This document shows positions 16,105-26,553 of a DNA stretch of 56,888 nucleotides, in pieces (the first letter of the stretch is position 1; every line of letters starts with the position of its first letter). The stretch is from an uncultured Pirellulaceae bacterium (lineage in GTDB: Bacteria; Planctomycetota; Planctomycetia; Pirellulales; Pirellulaceae), in NCBI GenBank assembly GCA_964507695.1, contig CAZDSC010000008.1, positions 1 to 56,888 on the forward strand, written 5' to 3'. The notes beneath the pieces are model-generated. The model was not told where the DNA came from. It made no database searches and saw nothing but the letters and a program-made list of their open reading frames with translations. The translations under genes and the position numbers were made by a program.

Positions 16105-16736
16105 TCGGATTCCTTCGCAAGTCGTGTTGCGTGTTGTTGGATGCAATTTGACGCGGCCTGGCGAATCGCAGTCTGCATCTGCTCAATTGTCTGAGTCGCA
16201 TCAACGATCAGGTGTTTTTCCGGGTATCGCATCGATTGGGCGAGGAATCCCTCTCGCACCTGGGTGAAGTACTCGAGTCCTCGCGATTCCAGGCGGTCCT
16301 GTCGGTCACCGACGCGTTCCGCCGCAATCTCAGGAGAAAGGTCCAGGACAAACGTCATGTCTGGCAGCAGCTGTTCGGTGGCGATTTCCCCGACACGCCA
16401 AATATCGTGGGGATCAACCGTTCCAGCCGATCCCTGGTAGACGACATTGGCCAGGATAAATCGATCCGAGACGACCGTCTGTCCCGACTCAAGGGCTGGG
16501 CGAATGACCTCCTGCACCAGTTGTGCGCGACTGGCCATGTACAACAGCATTTCGGCGCGGAAATCGATGCGATAGGTGGCCTTCAGCAGGATGGCCCGGA
16601 TGGCCTCGCCCATTTCCGTCGATCCCGGGTCACGGCACGTGATCACGTCGTGTCCCGCGTCGGACAGCCAGTCCACAAACCTCGTCATCTGCGTGCTTTT
16701 GCCGGCACCGTCAATTCCATCGAAGCTGAAAAACAC
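16101..16736 (-). CDS. tmk: thymidylate kinase
   Basis: FFSFDGIDGAGKSTQ P-loop, DPGST, and a length of 211 aa. Confidence 0.92.
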   Translation of the reverse strand: MFFSFDGIDGAGKSTQMTRFVDWLSDAGHDVITCRDPGSTEMGEAIRAILLKATYRIDFRAEMLLYMASRAQLVQEVIRPALESGQTVVSDRFILANVVYQGSAGTVDPHDIWRVGEIATEQLLPDMTFVLDLSPEIAAERVGDRQDRLESRGLEYFTQVREGFLAQSMRYPEKHLIVDATQTIEQMQTAIRQAASNCIQQHATRLAKESE

Positions 16737-16848
16737 CGCGGTTTACCATGTGGTTTCGTTGTTATGGCAGTCTCGAACCAATGGTGATGAGTATAGCGAT
16801 TCTGGCTCCGTTCGACTTGAGCGTTCACTGGCCAACGCGACTTGGGGC

Positions 16849-16881
16849 AAAAAAAAACGCCTCGTTAGAACGAGGCGTTTT
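16849..16881 (-). terminator. Rho-independent terminator downstream of the PEP-CTERM protein gene
   Basis: The minus strand reads AAACGCCTCG-TTCT-AACGAGGCGTTT followed by a run of 9 T. It lies about 20 nt after the stop at 16904. Confidence 0.65.
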
Positions 16882-16903
16882 TAGAATTTAAATCTGTTCC
16901 GAT

Positions 16904-18136
16904 CTAGCGACGACGTCGGAGGGTTCCCAGTGCCAGGAAACCGAGTCCCGCAAGTGCCAGAGCCGATGGTTCAGGAACTGCCGCTGCTGCAGCGAAGTCC
17001 TTGCCAAAATTGCCTGACAGGAGCAGGAAGTCGGCGAATGCGACCTGACCGTCACCATTGGCATCACCCTGGCTGTAAACGCCGGGCATATTGAAGCCGG
17101 ATGACAACGTCAGGAAGTCATTAAAGGCAACTTCTCCGTCTGCGTTGAAATCGCCCGCCAGAATGCCGAGTGCGTCAAGCGTATCGCCCAGCGTGTCGGC
17201 GGTTTGGCAATCGAGGTCCGCTGCCGTCAGAGCGCCGTCGTTGTTGCAATCACCGGGGATGGGTTCGACGATCGTTCCGTCCCATTCACCGGTAAACATC
17301 AGCGTGGCGAATGCCGTGCTGTTGTCCCATGCACCTTCGACTCCGTCGACTTCACGATAGTACGTCAGTACGTGAGATCGCTCGGTATCTCCGGTATCGA
17401 AGTTATCATCGTCCGATACCGCCGCTGTGTACTTGATCGTGGTGGAATCTTCGACGATCGCGCTGGCATCTTCCGTAGGCGAATCGGCGTACGGAGCAAA
17501 GACTGGATCATCGATCATGGGAATGATCGAGACGGCCAATTCAATACGGTAATCCGCATTCGTTTCCATATCGGCGACTGCAGAATAGGCGGCCAATCCG
17601 AATCCTTCGTCCCAAATACTCTCGTCGTCGGTCATGTTGCCGACGTTACCTTCGAAGGTATTGTTGCGGCTGACACCGAACTTGCCGTACGTCTCTTCGT
17701 TGTCCCACCAGTGATAACTGTTGACGTCTTCATCGCCATCAAGGTTGGTGCCATCGAAGAACGATTCGATTTGGTCGACTTCCCAAGGGTTGCGCGAGTT
17801 TGCTTCCATCGCGATGTCATCGAAGACTTCATAGACGATGTAGAAGTTGGCCGTGTCTTCGACCCACATGGTCTTGAAACGGAAGCTTGCGTCCTCGGCT
17901 CCGCCATAGACGTCATCTTCAATCAGATCTACGCCAGCCTGTACGTTTGGCGAATCCGGATTGACCACAATCCAAGGCCCAGCGGCGTCCCATTCGGAAC
18001 CGTCGATCTCGCCATCAATTACCGGTGCTGTGTCTGTCTTGTAAGACATCACCATCGAGCGATCCTGCGCCTGCACACCAGACGAAAAGACGCCAACAAT
18101 CAGCCCCAAAACAATTAGTCTTAATTTGAACGTCAT
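16904..18136 (-). CDS. secreted protein: CBM9-like N-terminal domain, three dockerin-type repeats, PEP-CTERM anchor
   Basis: A signal peptide (MTFKLRLIVLGLIVGVFSSGVQAQD) follows a GGAGAAG SD. Three dockerin-type repeats are present (GDCNNDGALTAADLD, GDFNADGEVAFNDFLTLS, GDANGDGQVAFADFLLLSGNFG). The C-terminus VPEPSALALAGLGFLALGTLRRRR is a PEP-CTERM anchor. Confidence 0.8.
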   Translation of the reverse strand: MTFKLRLIVLGLIVGVFSSGVQAQDRSMVMSYKTDTAPVIDGEIDGSEWDAAGPWIVVNPDSPNVQAGVDLIEDDVYGGAEDASFRFKTMWVEDTANFYIVYEVFDDIAMEANSRNPWEVDQIESFFDGTNLDGDEDVNSYHWWDNEETYGKFGVSRNNTFEGNVGNMTDDESIWDEGFGLAAYSAVADMETNADYRIELAVSIIPMIDDPVFAPYADSPTEDASAIVEDSTTIKYTAAVSDDDNFDTGDTERSHVLTYYREVDGVEGAWDNSTAFATLMFTGEWDGTIVEPIPGDCNNDGALTAADLDCQTADTLGDTLDALGILAGDFNADGEVAFNDFLTLSSGFNMPGVYSQGDANGDGQVAFADFLLLSGNFGKDFAAAAAVPEPSALALAGLGFLALGTLRRRR

Positions 18137-18418
18137 ACGTTCTTCTCCCCAGATAAATAGATACCGCAAACCCGAAGTATAATCGAGTTTGGCGGTTTCC
18201 CGCAAAAATTTGGTCCTATTTTCACGGTTGACCGTTTTGGGTAAGCCAGTGTGACGCGACCAAGTCGAGAGATGGCTATTTCAGGGGTGGCTATTCCGTA
18301 GATAAGCGGGTGTTTTGAGCTTAACTCGACCCTTGGAATAGGACAAAGTCTCAGAACACGCCACGGCCTGGCGCTCAACCAGAGTGAAACCAAGCTGACG
18401 GCTAAACCTACCGGCAGA

Positions 18419-19465
18419 TTAGTAGTCGCCCGAAATCGGTTGTCCGTCGTCGCGGACGGCAAGTCTCTCGAGGATCAGCAGATCGATGGACGGTGTAATT
18501 CCTGCGACATGCCCGTCTCCGAAAACGAAATTACAGGAACTGTGCCAGCTGCCGAAATTATCGCAAACGCATCGTGCACATCCCGAACCTGATCGGCACG
18601 AAGCTCTGTCGTTGGCGCCGAGCGCTACGGGATTGATGAAGCCTGCCGGGCGGGCGCAGTTGGTCTGGTGATCGCCGTTGTACATCGAACCCTGCTTGTC
18701 GGCCGAGTCCAGCGGCACGTGCTTTTCACCAGCGAAGAATGTCTTGCTCAATCCGTCCGTGATACGTTTGAAGGTTACGTTGGAATCCCATTGTCCATCC
18801 CAAAGTCCCTCCTCGTCAAAGCTGGGTGCCGTGACGATCGTTCCGTTGCCGCCATTGGATCTCCAATAACTTGTCCCGCCCCCGCGATTGTTTCCTGCGT
18901 TACCGACGTAGTCGCCAATCGCCCCGAGCGTTGACGCGGGGCCATCCGAATTGCCCTCCTGAGTCAGATCATTGGAAGTTCTTGATGCACAACGGAAGGC
19001 CGGAATAATCGTTTCGCGCGCGAGCTTGTTGGCATCGTCGTAGTAAGGTCTGTCGAGGGACCACAGCGCGTATTCCGACGAGCCTTCGACGTAGGGCAGG
19101 ATGATGGCGAACCAACTGGGGTAACGGTTCAGGTATCTCGATGGCGGCAGCTTGTTTTGCGAATCGTGCATATTGATCAACGCCAGCCCGACCTGCCGCA
19201 GATTGTTGATGCACTGGGTTCGCCGAGCAGCTTCTCGAGCCGCCTGGACCGAAGGTAACAGCAGGGTTACCAACATCGCGATGATTGCGATCACGACCAG
19301 AAGTTCGACGAGGGTAAAGCCATTACGACGATCGGAATTTAGTTTTGTAAAACGCAATTCAGCCACCTGCTCGGGAAAGGAGGTTTCGTACTGACGCCAT
19401 ACAATCTCTGTCCGGGGAGGCATTTTAAACGAAACCAACGGTGATTTGCCGATTGCAAATCGCAT
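18419..19465 (-). CDS. DUF1559 family protein with prepilin-type N-terminal cleavage/methylation domain
   Basis: [43 protein letters not shown] and the C-terminal H-X9-DG-type motif ([14 protein letters not shown]). The start is uncertain; an internal GTG or TTG would give a shorter leader peptide. Confidence 0.85.
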   Translation of the reverse strand: MRFAIGKSPLVSFKMPPRTEIVWRQYETSFPEQVAELRFTKLNSDRRNGFTLVELLVVIAIIAMLVTLLLPSVQAAREAARRTQCINNLRQVGLALINMHDSQNKLPPSRYLNRYPSWFAIILPYVEGSSEYALWSLDRPYYDDANKLARETIIPAFRCASRTSNDLTQEGNSDGPASTLGAIGDYVGNAGNNRGGGTSYWRSNGGNGTIVTAPSFDEEGLWDGQWDSNVTFKRITDGLSKTFFAGEKHVPLDSADKQGSMYNGDHQTNCARPAGFINPVALGANDRASCRSGSGCARCVCDNFGSWHSSCNFVFGDGHVAGITPSIDLLILERLAVRDDGQPISGDY

Positions 19466-19475
19466 TCTGTCGGAA

Positions 19476-21419
19476 TTAGAGCAGTTTCTTCACGATGGCC
19501 TCGGTATCGTAAACGCAACCGCTCCAGGTTCCTCCGCCGGCTGCCTGCAGGGCGGCCCAAAGACGCGTGTCATCCGGCAGTCTGGGATCGGCGGCAAGGG
19601 ATGCGGCTGGCCGCTGCGCCAATTCTGCTGCGCCTTCGGCAGGCGACAGCTCCGCGTTCGGATCGCGTCCAACGTAGTCAACGCTGCCGACCAGTTCATT
19701 ACGATCGACGATGATCCGAATTCTGTCTCCGTCGACGATGCGGCCGATAGGGCCACCGGCGAGTGCTTCCGGTCCGACGTGACCGATACAGGCACCTGTA
19801 CTGACGCCCGAAAAACGCGCGTCCGTGACGACCGCGACCTGTTTGCCCCATTCCAAATACTTCAATGCCGACGTGATCTGGTAAGTCTCTTCCATCCCCG
19901 AACCCATCGGACCTCGAGCCATCAGGACCAGCACTTCTCCCGGCTTGATTTGCCGATCCTTGACGGCGGCAATTGCGTCGGATTCTGAGGTGAAGACCCT
20001 CGCCGGCCCCGTCATTCTGTAGACGCCGTCATCGTCGACGACCGACGGGTCAATCGACGTCGCCTTGATCACGCTACCTTCGGGGCAAACGTTTCCGACC
20101 GGAAAGCAGACCGTGCTGGTAAGTCCGCGCTGCTGAGCTTTTTGAGGGGGAATGATCACGTCGTCTGGATCGATTTGATCCGAATCGTACAGTCGTTGAC
20201 GCAGGCGTTTTCTGCGTTCGCTCGTTTCCCACTGTGCGAGAGACCATTCCAGAGGCTTGCCGGTCACCGTCATGGTCGTCAGGTCAAGCAGATTTCGTTC
20301 GCGGAGATGCAACATGATCTCCGGAACGCCGCCGGCCAGAAAGACGCGTACCGTCGGGTGATTGGTTGGGCCATTGGGCAAAACGTCGACGAACCGAGGC
20401 ACGCTGCGGTTGACGTCAGACCACTCCTGCACGGAAGGCCGATCGAGCCCCGCAGCAAAAGCAATCGCGGGCAGGTGCAGCAGCAAATTCGTCGAACCTC
20501 CACACGCCGCATGCACGACCATGGCGTTCCGAATCGATGCGTTGGTGAGGATATCCGCCGAGGTCTTTTTCGCCTTTGCCAATTCCAGCAGCGCATTGGC
20601 TGACTGCTTGGCCATATTCAGCCAGATTGGTTGTCCGCTGGGGGCGAGGGCCGCATGGGGTAAGGACATGCCAAGTGACTCGCCGATGACTTGCGCCGTC
20701 GCCGCCGTGCCGAGGAATTGACATCCACCGCCAGCCGAACCGCACGCGGCGCATCCGGCACGTTGCGCATCGTCCAGCGATAATTCTCCCTGTGAATAGC
20801 GAGCTCCGATGGTCTGCACTCGGGCGGTGTCCTCACCTTTGGTGGGCGGCAAGGTGACGCCGCCGGGGACCAGCACGCTGGGCAGATGTCGCGAACCCGC
20901 GAGCGCCATCATCATCGCTGGCAGACCTTTATCGCACGTGGCAATGCCGACGACGCCCTGCCCCTGAGGCAGCGAGCGGATCTGTCGCCGCATGACGATC
21001 GCTGCGTCGTTGCGATAGGCGAGGCTGTCGAACATACCGACGGTCCCCTGCGTCCGCCCGTCACAGGGGTCCGAACAGTAAGCGGCGAAGGGGACTCCGC
21101 CATTGCTCTTGATCTGTTTCGCTGCCTCCTGCACCAACAGTCCGACTTCGAAATGGCCGGTGTGATAGCCCAGCGCAATAGGAGTTCCGTCGACGGCTCG
21201 TACGCCACCCTGAGTGCTCAGCACCAGAAACTGAGGGCCCAGCATCTCCTTGGGACTCCAGCCCATGCCTGCATTCTGGGTCAGGCCAAACAGATGACCG
21301 CTGGGCCATTTCCTTAACATCTCGTCGGTCAACGGTAGTGAACCCGCCGGTCCCGGAGCGCGGGTTACGACGTCATAAATCGAAGCGTCTTCGTTGAACA
21401 GCGAATCGGACATGGTCAT
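19476..21419 (-). CDS. IlvD/Edd-family dehydratase, YjhG/YagF (D-xylonate dehydratase) type
   Basis: 647 aa. [87 protein letters not shown] and the C-terminal [20 protein letters not shown] are collinear with E. coli YjhG as I remember it. Confidence 0.85.
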   Translation of the reverse strand: MTMSDSLFNEDASIYDVVTRAPGPAGSLPLTDEMLRKWPSGHLFGLTQNAGMGWSPKEMLGPQFLVLSTQGGVRAVDGTPIALGYHTGHFEVGLLVQEAAKQIKSNGGVPFAAYCSDPCDGRTQGTVGMFDSLAYRNDAAIVMRRQIRSLPQGQGVVGIATCDKGLPAMMMALAGSRHLPSVLVPGGVTLPPTKGEDTARVQTIGARYSQGELSLDDAQRAGCAACGSAGGGCQFLGTAATAQVIGESLGMSLPHAALAPSGQPIWLNMAKQSANALLELAKAKKTSADILTNASIRNAMVVHAACGGSTNLLLHLPAIAFAAGLDRPSVQEWSDVNRSVPRFVDVLPNGPTNHPTVRVFLAGGVPEIMLHLRERNLLDLTTMTVTGKPLEWSLAQWETSERRKRLRQRLYDSDQIDPDDVIIPPQKAQQRGLTSTVCFPVGNVCPEGSVIKATSIDPSVVDDDGVYRMTGPARVFTSESDAIAAVKDRQIKPGEVLVLMARGPMGSGMEETYQITSALKYLEWGKQVAVVTDARFSGVSTGACIGHVGPEALAGGPIGRIVDGDRIRIIVDRNELVGSVDYVGRDPNAELSPAEGAAELAQRPAASLAADPRLPDDTRLWAALQAAGGGTWSGCVYDTEAIVKKLL

Positions 21420-21524
21420 TTGGCTTCGCGGGGAGGGATGGTGGACGCGGTATTAAGAAGGTGTGGACGTCGACGTGCCCAATCGGCTCGTGCCACGCTG
21501 GTGTGGTGATTCGAATAGCGTCGC

Positions 21525-22139
21525 TCAGGCGTCGTCACTTCCGATGCGTTCGACGATGATACCTTCCCGAACGTCGAAAGTCATGAAGAGTGAACCGGGC
21601 CGACCGAATTGATTCATGATGTCCAGAAAAAAAAGACGCTCGCCCGGCCATGGATAGCCATACACCAGATCGAAATCCCTCAATTCCATGTCCAGTTCGT
21701 CGTAGCCGTCACGATCGTCGATGATGGTCTTGAAGAACTCGTCCTCAAACTCGCCGGACCACTCATATGCGTCGGGAATGAAACTTCCGAACGCGAATTC
21801 TGACGCGGCCTTGTATTGCTCTGCCAGTTCGCGTGAACGCCGCACCAGTTTGGGGTCGATCTCAATGCCGAACGCATCGTAACCGACCAGACTGGCCGTG
21901 GTTGCAATCACGCCCAGACCGGAACCAAACTCCAGAAATGTTTCTGCCTGATCCTTCAGCAGCACCAGTGCTTGATATACCCGCTCGTAGTCGGCGGCAA
22001 TGAAATCGCGAAAGTGAAAATCGTTTTCGTTCTCGGTCCAAATCCGTTCGCCATCCGCAAACAGACCACTCAGTTCCGGCGGCAGCTCGACGGAGGGCCC
22101 ATGTTCGATGTGCCAGTCGATTTTGGATATGTCGATCAA
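21525..22139 (-). CDS. class I SAM-dependent methyltransferase (start uncertain)
   Basis: LEFGSGLGVIATTASLVGYDAFGIEID is methyltransferase motif I. The ORF is open up to 22577, but the upstream 146 codons are Arg/Ser-rich and look non-coding. I chose the TTG at 22139 as a plausible start. Confidence 0.5.
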   Translation of the reverse strand: MIDISKIDWHIEHGPSVELPPELSGLFADGERIWTENENDFHFRDFIAADYERVYQALVLLKDQAETFLEFGSGLGVIATTASLVGYDAFGIEIDPKLVRRSRELAEQYKAASEFAFGSFIPDAYEWSGEFEDEFFKTIIDDRDGYDELDMELRDFDLVYGYPWPGERLFFLDIMNQFGRPGSLFMTFDVREGIIVERIGSDDA

Positions 22140-22284
22140 CGGTTGTCCATGTTCTGAAGATTGGAACGATTCGAGATGACGCTTCCGGCTTGCAGCGGAT
22201 GCGTCGGTGTTGCAAGAACTTACCCTGAATCGGCTCTGGTTGAAATGAAGGTTTCGACCGCAAACCGAACCGGACGTTTCAGGG

Positions 22285-22358
22285 ACTGGATGAACATCGA
22301 CGCCGGATGAGCCGGATGAACATCGAAACTGGATGATCATCGAAACTGGATGACTGCC
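22285..22358. repeat. degenerate tandem array with core GGATGA (x5), including two 17-bp units GGATGAWCATCGAAACT
   Basis: Read directly from the sequence, between the lipoprotein gene stop (22640) and the methyltransferase start. Confidence 0.85.
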
Positions 22359-22639
22359 GTCGTACAGTCGGCGCATGTGAGCTAACTGGTTACGTCGCGA
22401 CAGGAAATCGGCTGGACGGCGAAAAGGCGTCCGCATGATGACTGGTCGTCCACGACGACCGACGTCGCGTGAACCGACGTCGATTTCGTGACGCTGCCAA
22501 TACAGTCGAGGCCCAGTGAGATAACGTGTCGACGGCTGCCGCGTTTCGGCAGAACGAGAGCGCAAACGTTTCGACACTCCTCGGGCCTTCGTCGCCAGTT
22601 GAGGAGTGGGTAGCCGCGAACCGGGCAGGTCGGCCGTGT

Positions 22640-22867
22640 TTAGCCGCCGAGCTGCTGTTCTGCCTTGTAGGCCTTCATCGCATCGGCTTCGTTCTGCAAT
22701 TTGAACTCAGGCCCGCGAGGATAAATCTGAATGTCGTCATACTCGTAGTACGGACTTGGCAGTGTCTGACCGGCTACGTCTACCTGGCATCCAGTCGAAG
22801 CGACTGCTGCGAATGCAATTGCCGTGGCACCGAGTACCGTGATCCAGTTGTTGTTCGAGCGTTCCAT
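22640..22867 (-). CDS. small lipoprotein (75 aa)
   Basis: MERSNNNWITVLGATAIAFAAVASTGC has a lipobox. The longer ORF reaching 23005 is unlikely to be used. Confidence 0.55.
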   Translation of the reverse strand: MERSNNNWITVLGATAIAFAAVASTGCQVDVAGQTLPSPYYEYDDIQIYPRGPEFKLQNEADAMKAYKAEQQLGG

Positions 22868-23087
22868 CGCTGCAACCTGATTTAATAAGGAATCGACGTC
22901 ACCTGTTTGGCGTTGGTCACGATGCACCGATAGATTCCGCGGGCACCAATGCGAACCAACAGAACTGGTATCGTCCTCACGATCCGCACAGTCCAACGTT
23001 TTCACCCAGTTTATTGGCCCAGTTCGTCACGCCCGGTTCCGAAGCTTTGCTGGCGTAGCATATTTCACCTAAAAAACCGCCCCTTGA

Positions 23088-23096
23088 TGCTAATAT
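23088..23096 (+). promoter_or_regulatory. candidate extended -10 promoter element (TGcTAATAT) for the CHAT gene
   Basis: Read directly from the sequence, 46 nt upstream of the ATG at 23142. No convincing -35 is present. Confidence 0.25.
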
Positions 23097-23141
23097 GAGA
23101 TCATTCAGCCGCTGGTCATCAGACAGAGAAGTGGGGTAGCC

Positions 23142-26100
23142 ATGGCTTCAACTACCGGGGACACATTGCCTCGTCACTGGCAATTGCTGACGCAGTTTCT
23201 GCTTGCGCTCGCGTTGATAGCATGCGGTGCGGACTCCGTCTTCGCGCAGGTGGGTCGCACGGTTCCGCGGCAAATCTATTATCAAGGCAAATTTGCCTTT
23301 TACATGGGCGAGTACCGCGATGCGGAACGTGCGTTTGCCAGCGCGATCAAGTCGGCGAATCGTATCGGACAATCCCGCTGGATCGACTCGATTTGCGGCT
23401 ACTCGATGCTCGGCGAAGTCTATTACCACCAGGGCAACCTCGCGGCGTCGCTCGAGGCGCACGAGGCGGCGATTTCGGTGCATCTGGTCAACACCGGTTG
23501 GATGAGTCGCTTGCGGTACCCGCAGCTGCAACCGACCAACAGTCGTATCGAGGCAAAGATTGCCTGGGGCCAGCGGGCGACGATGATGGCCGCCTTGCCC
23601 GATTCGATCAGCAGCCTCGAAGGCACGCTCGATCTGACGACGCCTTTTGAAATTGGCGGTGCGGTGAACCCCGCGCATATGAAAAGTGTCGACGGCGTGG
23701 AGGTGGTGCGTTGTCTGGCCGTGTCGCTTCGCCGGCGGGCCGAGTTGTTAGGGCCGACCGCGGCTTTTTCTTCCAGCAGCACGGACATCACCAACAGCTT
23801 TGCAGAAGTCCTGGCGCCGCCGGGGCACTGGGTCGCAGCGTGGGTAGAGACACTGTACGGTCTCGCGCTGATGGGCATGGGGCGAGACAAGGAAGGCGCG
23901 TCGCACTTGGCGAAGGGGCGACTGGCTGGCAACCTTGACCATCAATTGACGGGCATCGCGTTGCTGGAGATTGGCAAGTTCTACCTGCGGCAGGGCGAGT
24001 ATGCTGTGGCCATTCAACACTTGCAGCAAGCGTCACTGGCGGCCGCCCGCTTTGAACAGCCCGAGGTGGTTGAAGAAGCATTTCATTACATGACCAGTGG
24101 TTACCTTGCCAGCGAGGGCAGGGGAGCGATGCCCAACGTTCAGGCGGCACTGAACTTTGCCGACAGCGAGCGATACTGGCGGTTGTCGGCCGCCTTGAGA
24201 TTGTCTGCGGCGGAATTGGCCGTCTATGCCAACGATTCTGGAACGGCCGCGGGATGGCTATCGCAGGCACGCACCATTATGGCGCGTCGGGAACTGATGC
24301 CCACGGACATGGGTGGCTGGATGAGCTATCTGGAAGCGATGGCCCAGTTCCGCGCTGGCAACGGGCGAGCTGCTCGAAGTTCCATGCAGTCAGCGTTGGG
24401 GTACATGAGCCGCGGCTCTTTACGACGGTTTCACCTGACCCTGACGGATTCCCTGTACAAGGCGGGCCGCCGTGCTTCGTTTACGCCTCGTGAGGCTGAG
24501 GTGCTGTACTCGGTCCTGTTGCGTGAACCGCGCGACATTGACTGGCGGACTGAGCCGTTGGAAACGATGACGATGCAACTCGATGCGCATGTCCCCTACA
24601 TCGAACGCTGGTTCAACCTGCTGATTGGCTTGAAAGATTATGACGAGGCAGCCCGCGTCGCCGAGTTTCTGCGGCGGCATCGCTTCTATAGCACACTGCC
24701 CTTTGGTGGCCGCATCCTTTCGCTGCGTTGGCTGATCGACGGCGAGCAGGCGATGTTGGGGAAGTCCGGTATGCAGCGTCAGTCCGAACTGCGTACGAAG
24801 TATCCGGCTATCGCCAAACTGTCCCGACGTGCCGAACAACTGCGTCAGGAACTGCGTCAGGAGCCACTGGTTACCGACGACGCCGATCAATTAACCTCGC
24901 AACGTAAACTCTTTGACGAACTGAGTGACGTCAGCAATCAGTTGGAAAACATCGTCGCCGAGTTGGCGTTGCGCCGCGAGCCCGCGCCGCTGGTTTTTCC
25001 TCCGCAGCCGAGCCTCCGGGCCATTCAGCGCGGAATGAAAGACGATCAGGCCATTTTGATGTTCGTCACCACGGCCAAGGGTTGGCACGCATGGTTCATC
25101 CGCAAGGACATGGATGAATACTGGCCGATTCGAAACGAGCGGCTGGTGCGACGAGGTATCTCGGAACTGCTGCGTGCACTGGGCAATCGCAATCGCAACT
25201 CCGTGCTCGATGCGGAAGACGATCTGAATGACAAGTGGAAAGAGCCGGCGGCCGCCATCTGGAAGTCGTTGATTGGCGAGTTGCCCAGCCATGGATGGGA
25301 TGGCCTTGACGAGCTGGTGATCGTGCCGGATGGCCCCTTGTGGTACCTGCCATTCGAATTGCTGCAGGTCCCCGCGGATCAGATTGAAGGCAGCGAAGTG
25401 GATGAATTGCTGCTTTCGAAAGTACGGATTCGATACGCACCGGTTGCATCGTTGTCCGTCGGTGACAGTCGCGGACGTATCGCGGATCCCAAAACGGTTG
25501 TCGTGGGAGGCCAGCTCGTATCGGGCGAGTCGAGCGAGCATGCTCGAGCCATGCTCGCTTCGCTGAAGGAAGTCCATCCCGAGCTGCAGGTCATCGCCAA
25601 ACGGACTCCGCAGCGCCCATCGCGTTACACCGCCGGGCTGATGGACAAGCTGATCGTCTGGAACGACGTCGACGTGAATGCTCGCAAACCATTCGGCTGG
25701 TCTCCGGCGCAATACGATCGGGGCAAGGCCGAGTCAAAACTGGCCGACTGGATCGAGTATCCGTGGGGCGCGCCCGATCAGATATTTGTGCCGGGCTATC
25801 ATACGCTGGCCGAGGCCAACCTGAACAAGCAGGCGAGCGGACACGAGGTATTCCTCGCGGCGTGTGGATTGATGGCCAGCGGAACGCGGACGGCACTGTT
25901 GAGCCGCTGGCGGACAGGAGGCAAGACGCCTTCGGTGCTGGTGCGTGAGCTGGCGATCGGGTTGACCGAATCATCGGCGTCCGAGGCGTGGCGGACGGCC
26001 GTCGAGTTGTCTCGCATCGAGTCGATCGATCCGCAGTCCGAGCCCCGGTTACGCTCTGACAACAAGGAACTGGATATCAAGGCCGATCATCCGTTCTTTT

Positions 26101-26411
26101 GGGCCGGCTACATTTTGCTTGATACCGGTTCTGAACCGGCGCCAGTCTTGCCCGCTGAGCCGCCGCCGGCGGAAGGTCAGGTCGAAAACGATGACGTTGG
26201 CGACCCTGATGAAGAGCCCCAAAACGGCGTTGAAGCAGCTGGCGAAGAAGGGGCCGTTGACCCAGTCCAGCCAGCCGAGCTCGGTGACGGAGGTGTGGCC
26301 GTCGGCGTCTTTGAAGCAGACGAAGGCGATGCCGATCCAGTCGGTCCGGCTGATCCGCTCGGTCAAGACGACGAGGTGCCGGACGAGCCATTGCCGCCCG
26401 ATCGTCCTTGA
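23142..26411 (+). CDS. secreted TPR-repeat / CHAT-domain (caspase-fold) protein with acidic Pro-rich tail
   Basis: A signal peptide (LLALALIACGADSVFAQ) and a TPR-like helical N-terminal half. The CHAT-like part has VIVPDGPLWYLPFELLQ, IRYAPVASL, a candidate His in FVPGYHT and a candidate Cys in VFLAACGL. Confidence 0.7.
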   Translation: MASTTGDTLPRHWQLLTQFLLALALIACGADSVFAQVGRTVPRQIYYQGKFAFYMGEYRDAERAFASAIKSANRIGQSRWIDSICGYSMLGEVYYHQGNLAASLEAHEAAISVHLVNTGWMSRLRYPQLQPTNSRIEAKIAWGQRATMMAALPDSISSLEGTLDLTTPFEIGGAVNPAHMKSVDGVEVVRCLAVSLRRRAELLGPTAAFSSSSTDITNSFAEVLAPPGHWVAAWVETLYGLALMGMGRDKEGASHLAKGRLAGNLDHQLTGIALLEIGKFYLRQGEYAVAIQHLQQASLAAARFEQPEVVEEAFHYMTSGYLASEGRGAMPNVQAALNFADSERYWRLSAALRLSAAELAVYANDSGTAAGWLSQARTIMARRELMPTDMGGWMSYLEAMAQFRAGNGRAARSSMQSALGYMSRGSLRRFHLTLTDSLYKAGRRASFTPREAEVLYSVLLREPRDIDWRTEPLETMTMQLDAHVPYIERWFNLLIGLKDYDEAARVAEFLRRHRFYSTLPFGGRILSLRWLIDGEQAMLGKSGMQRQSELRTKYPAIAKLSRRAEQLRQELRQEPLVTDDADQLTSQRKLFDELSDVSNQLENIVAELALRREPAPLVFPPQPSLRAIQRGMKDDQAILMFVTTAKGWHAWFIRKDMDEYWPIRNERLVRRGISELLRALGNRNRNSVLDAEDDLNDKWKEPAAAIWKSLIGELPSHGWDGLDELVIVPDGPLWYLPFELLQVPADQIEGSEVDELLLSKVRIRYAPVASLSVGDSRGRIADPKTVVVGGQLVSGESSEHARAMLASLKEVHPELQVIAKRTPQRPSRYTAGLMDKLIVWNDVDVNARKPFGWSPAQYDRGKAESKLADWIEYPWGAPDQIFVPGYHTLAEANLNKQASGHEVFLAACGLMASGTRTALLSRWRTGGKTPSVLVRELAIGLTESSASEAWRTAVELSRIESIDPQSEPRLRSDNKELDIKADHPFFWAGYILLDTGSEPAPVLPAEPPPAEGQVENDDVGDPDEEPQNGVEAAGEEGAVDPVQPAELGDGGVAVGVFEADEGDADPVGPADPLGQDDEVPDEPLPPDRP

Positions 26412-26416
26412 TGGTT

Positions 26417-26496
26417 GGAACGAACTGCATTTTGGACCAACTGCGTTTCGGACGAACTTGCACAGGACGAACTGGAATTGTTGCGGACGATGTCGC
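26417..26496. repeat. degenerate 15-20-bp tandem array x5 (core GGACGAACTG)
   Basis: Read directly from the sequence, at the convergent junction 26411|26554. A 7-bp-stem hairpin CCTCGAC-AGAA-GTCGAGG follows at 26504-26521. Confidence 0.85.
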
Positions 26497-26553
26497 TCTG
26501 CCGCCTCGACAGAAGTCGAGGCACAGAGCAATCACAGCACAACGCACGCCGGG

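Noticed and set aside
22140-22577. An N-terminal extension of 146 codons on the methyltransferase ORF.
   Set aside because: The translation is Arg/Ser-rich and contains the tandem-repeat DNA. The methyltransferase fold is complete without it. It remains possible that the true start lies somewhere in between.
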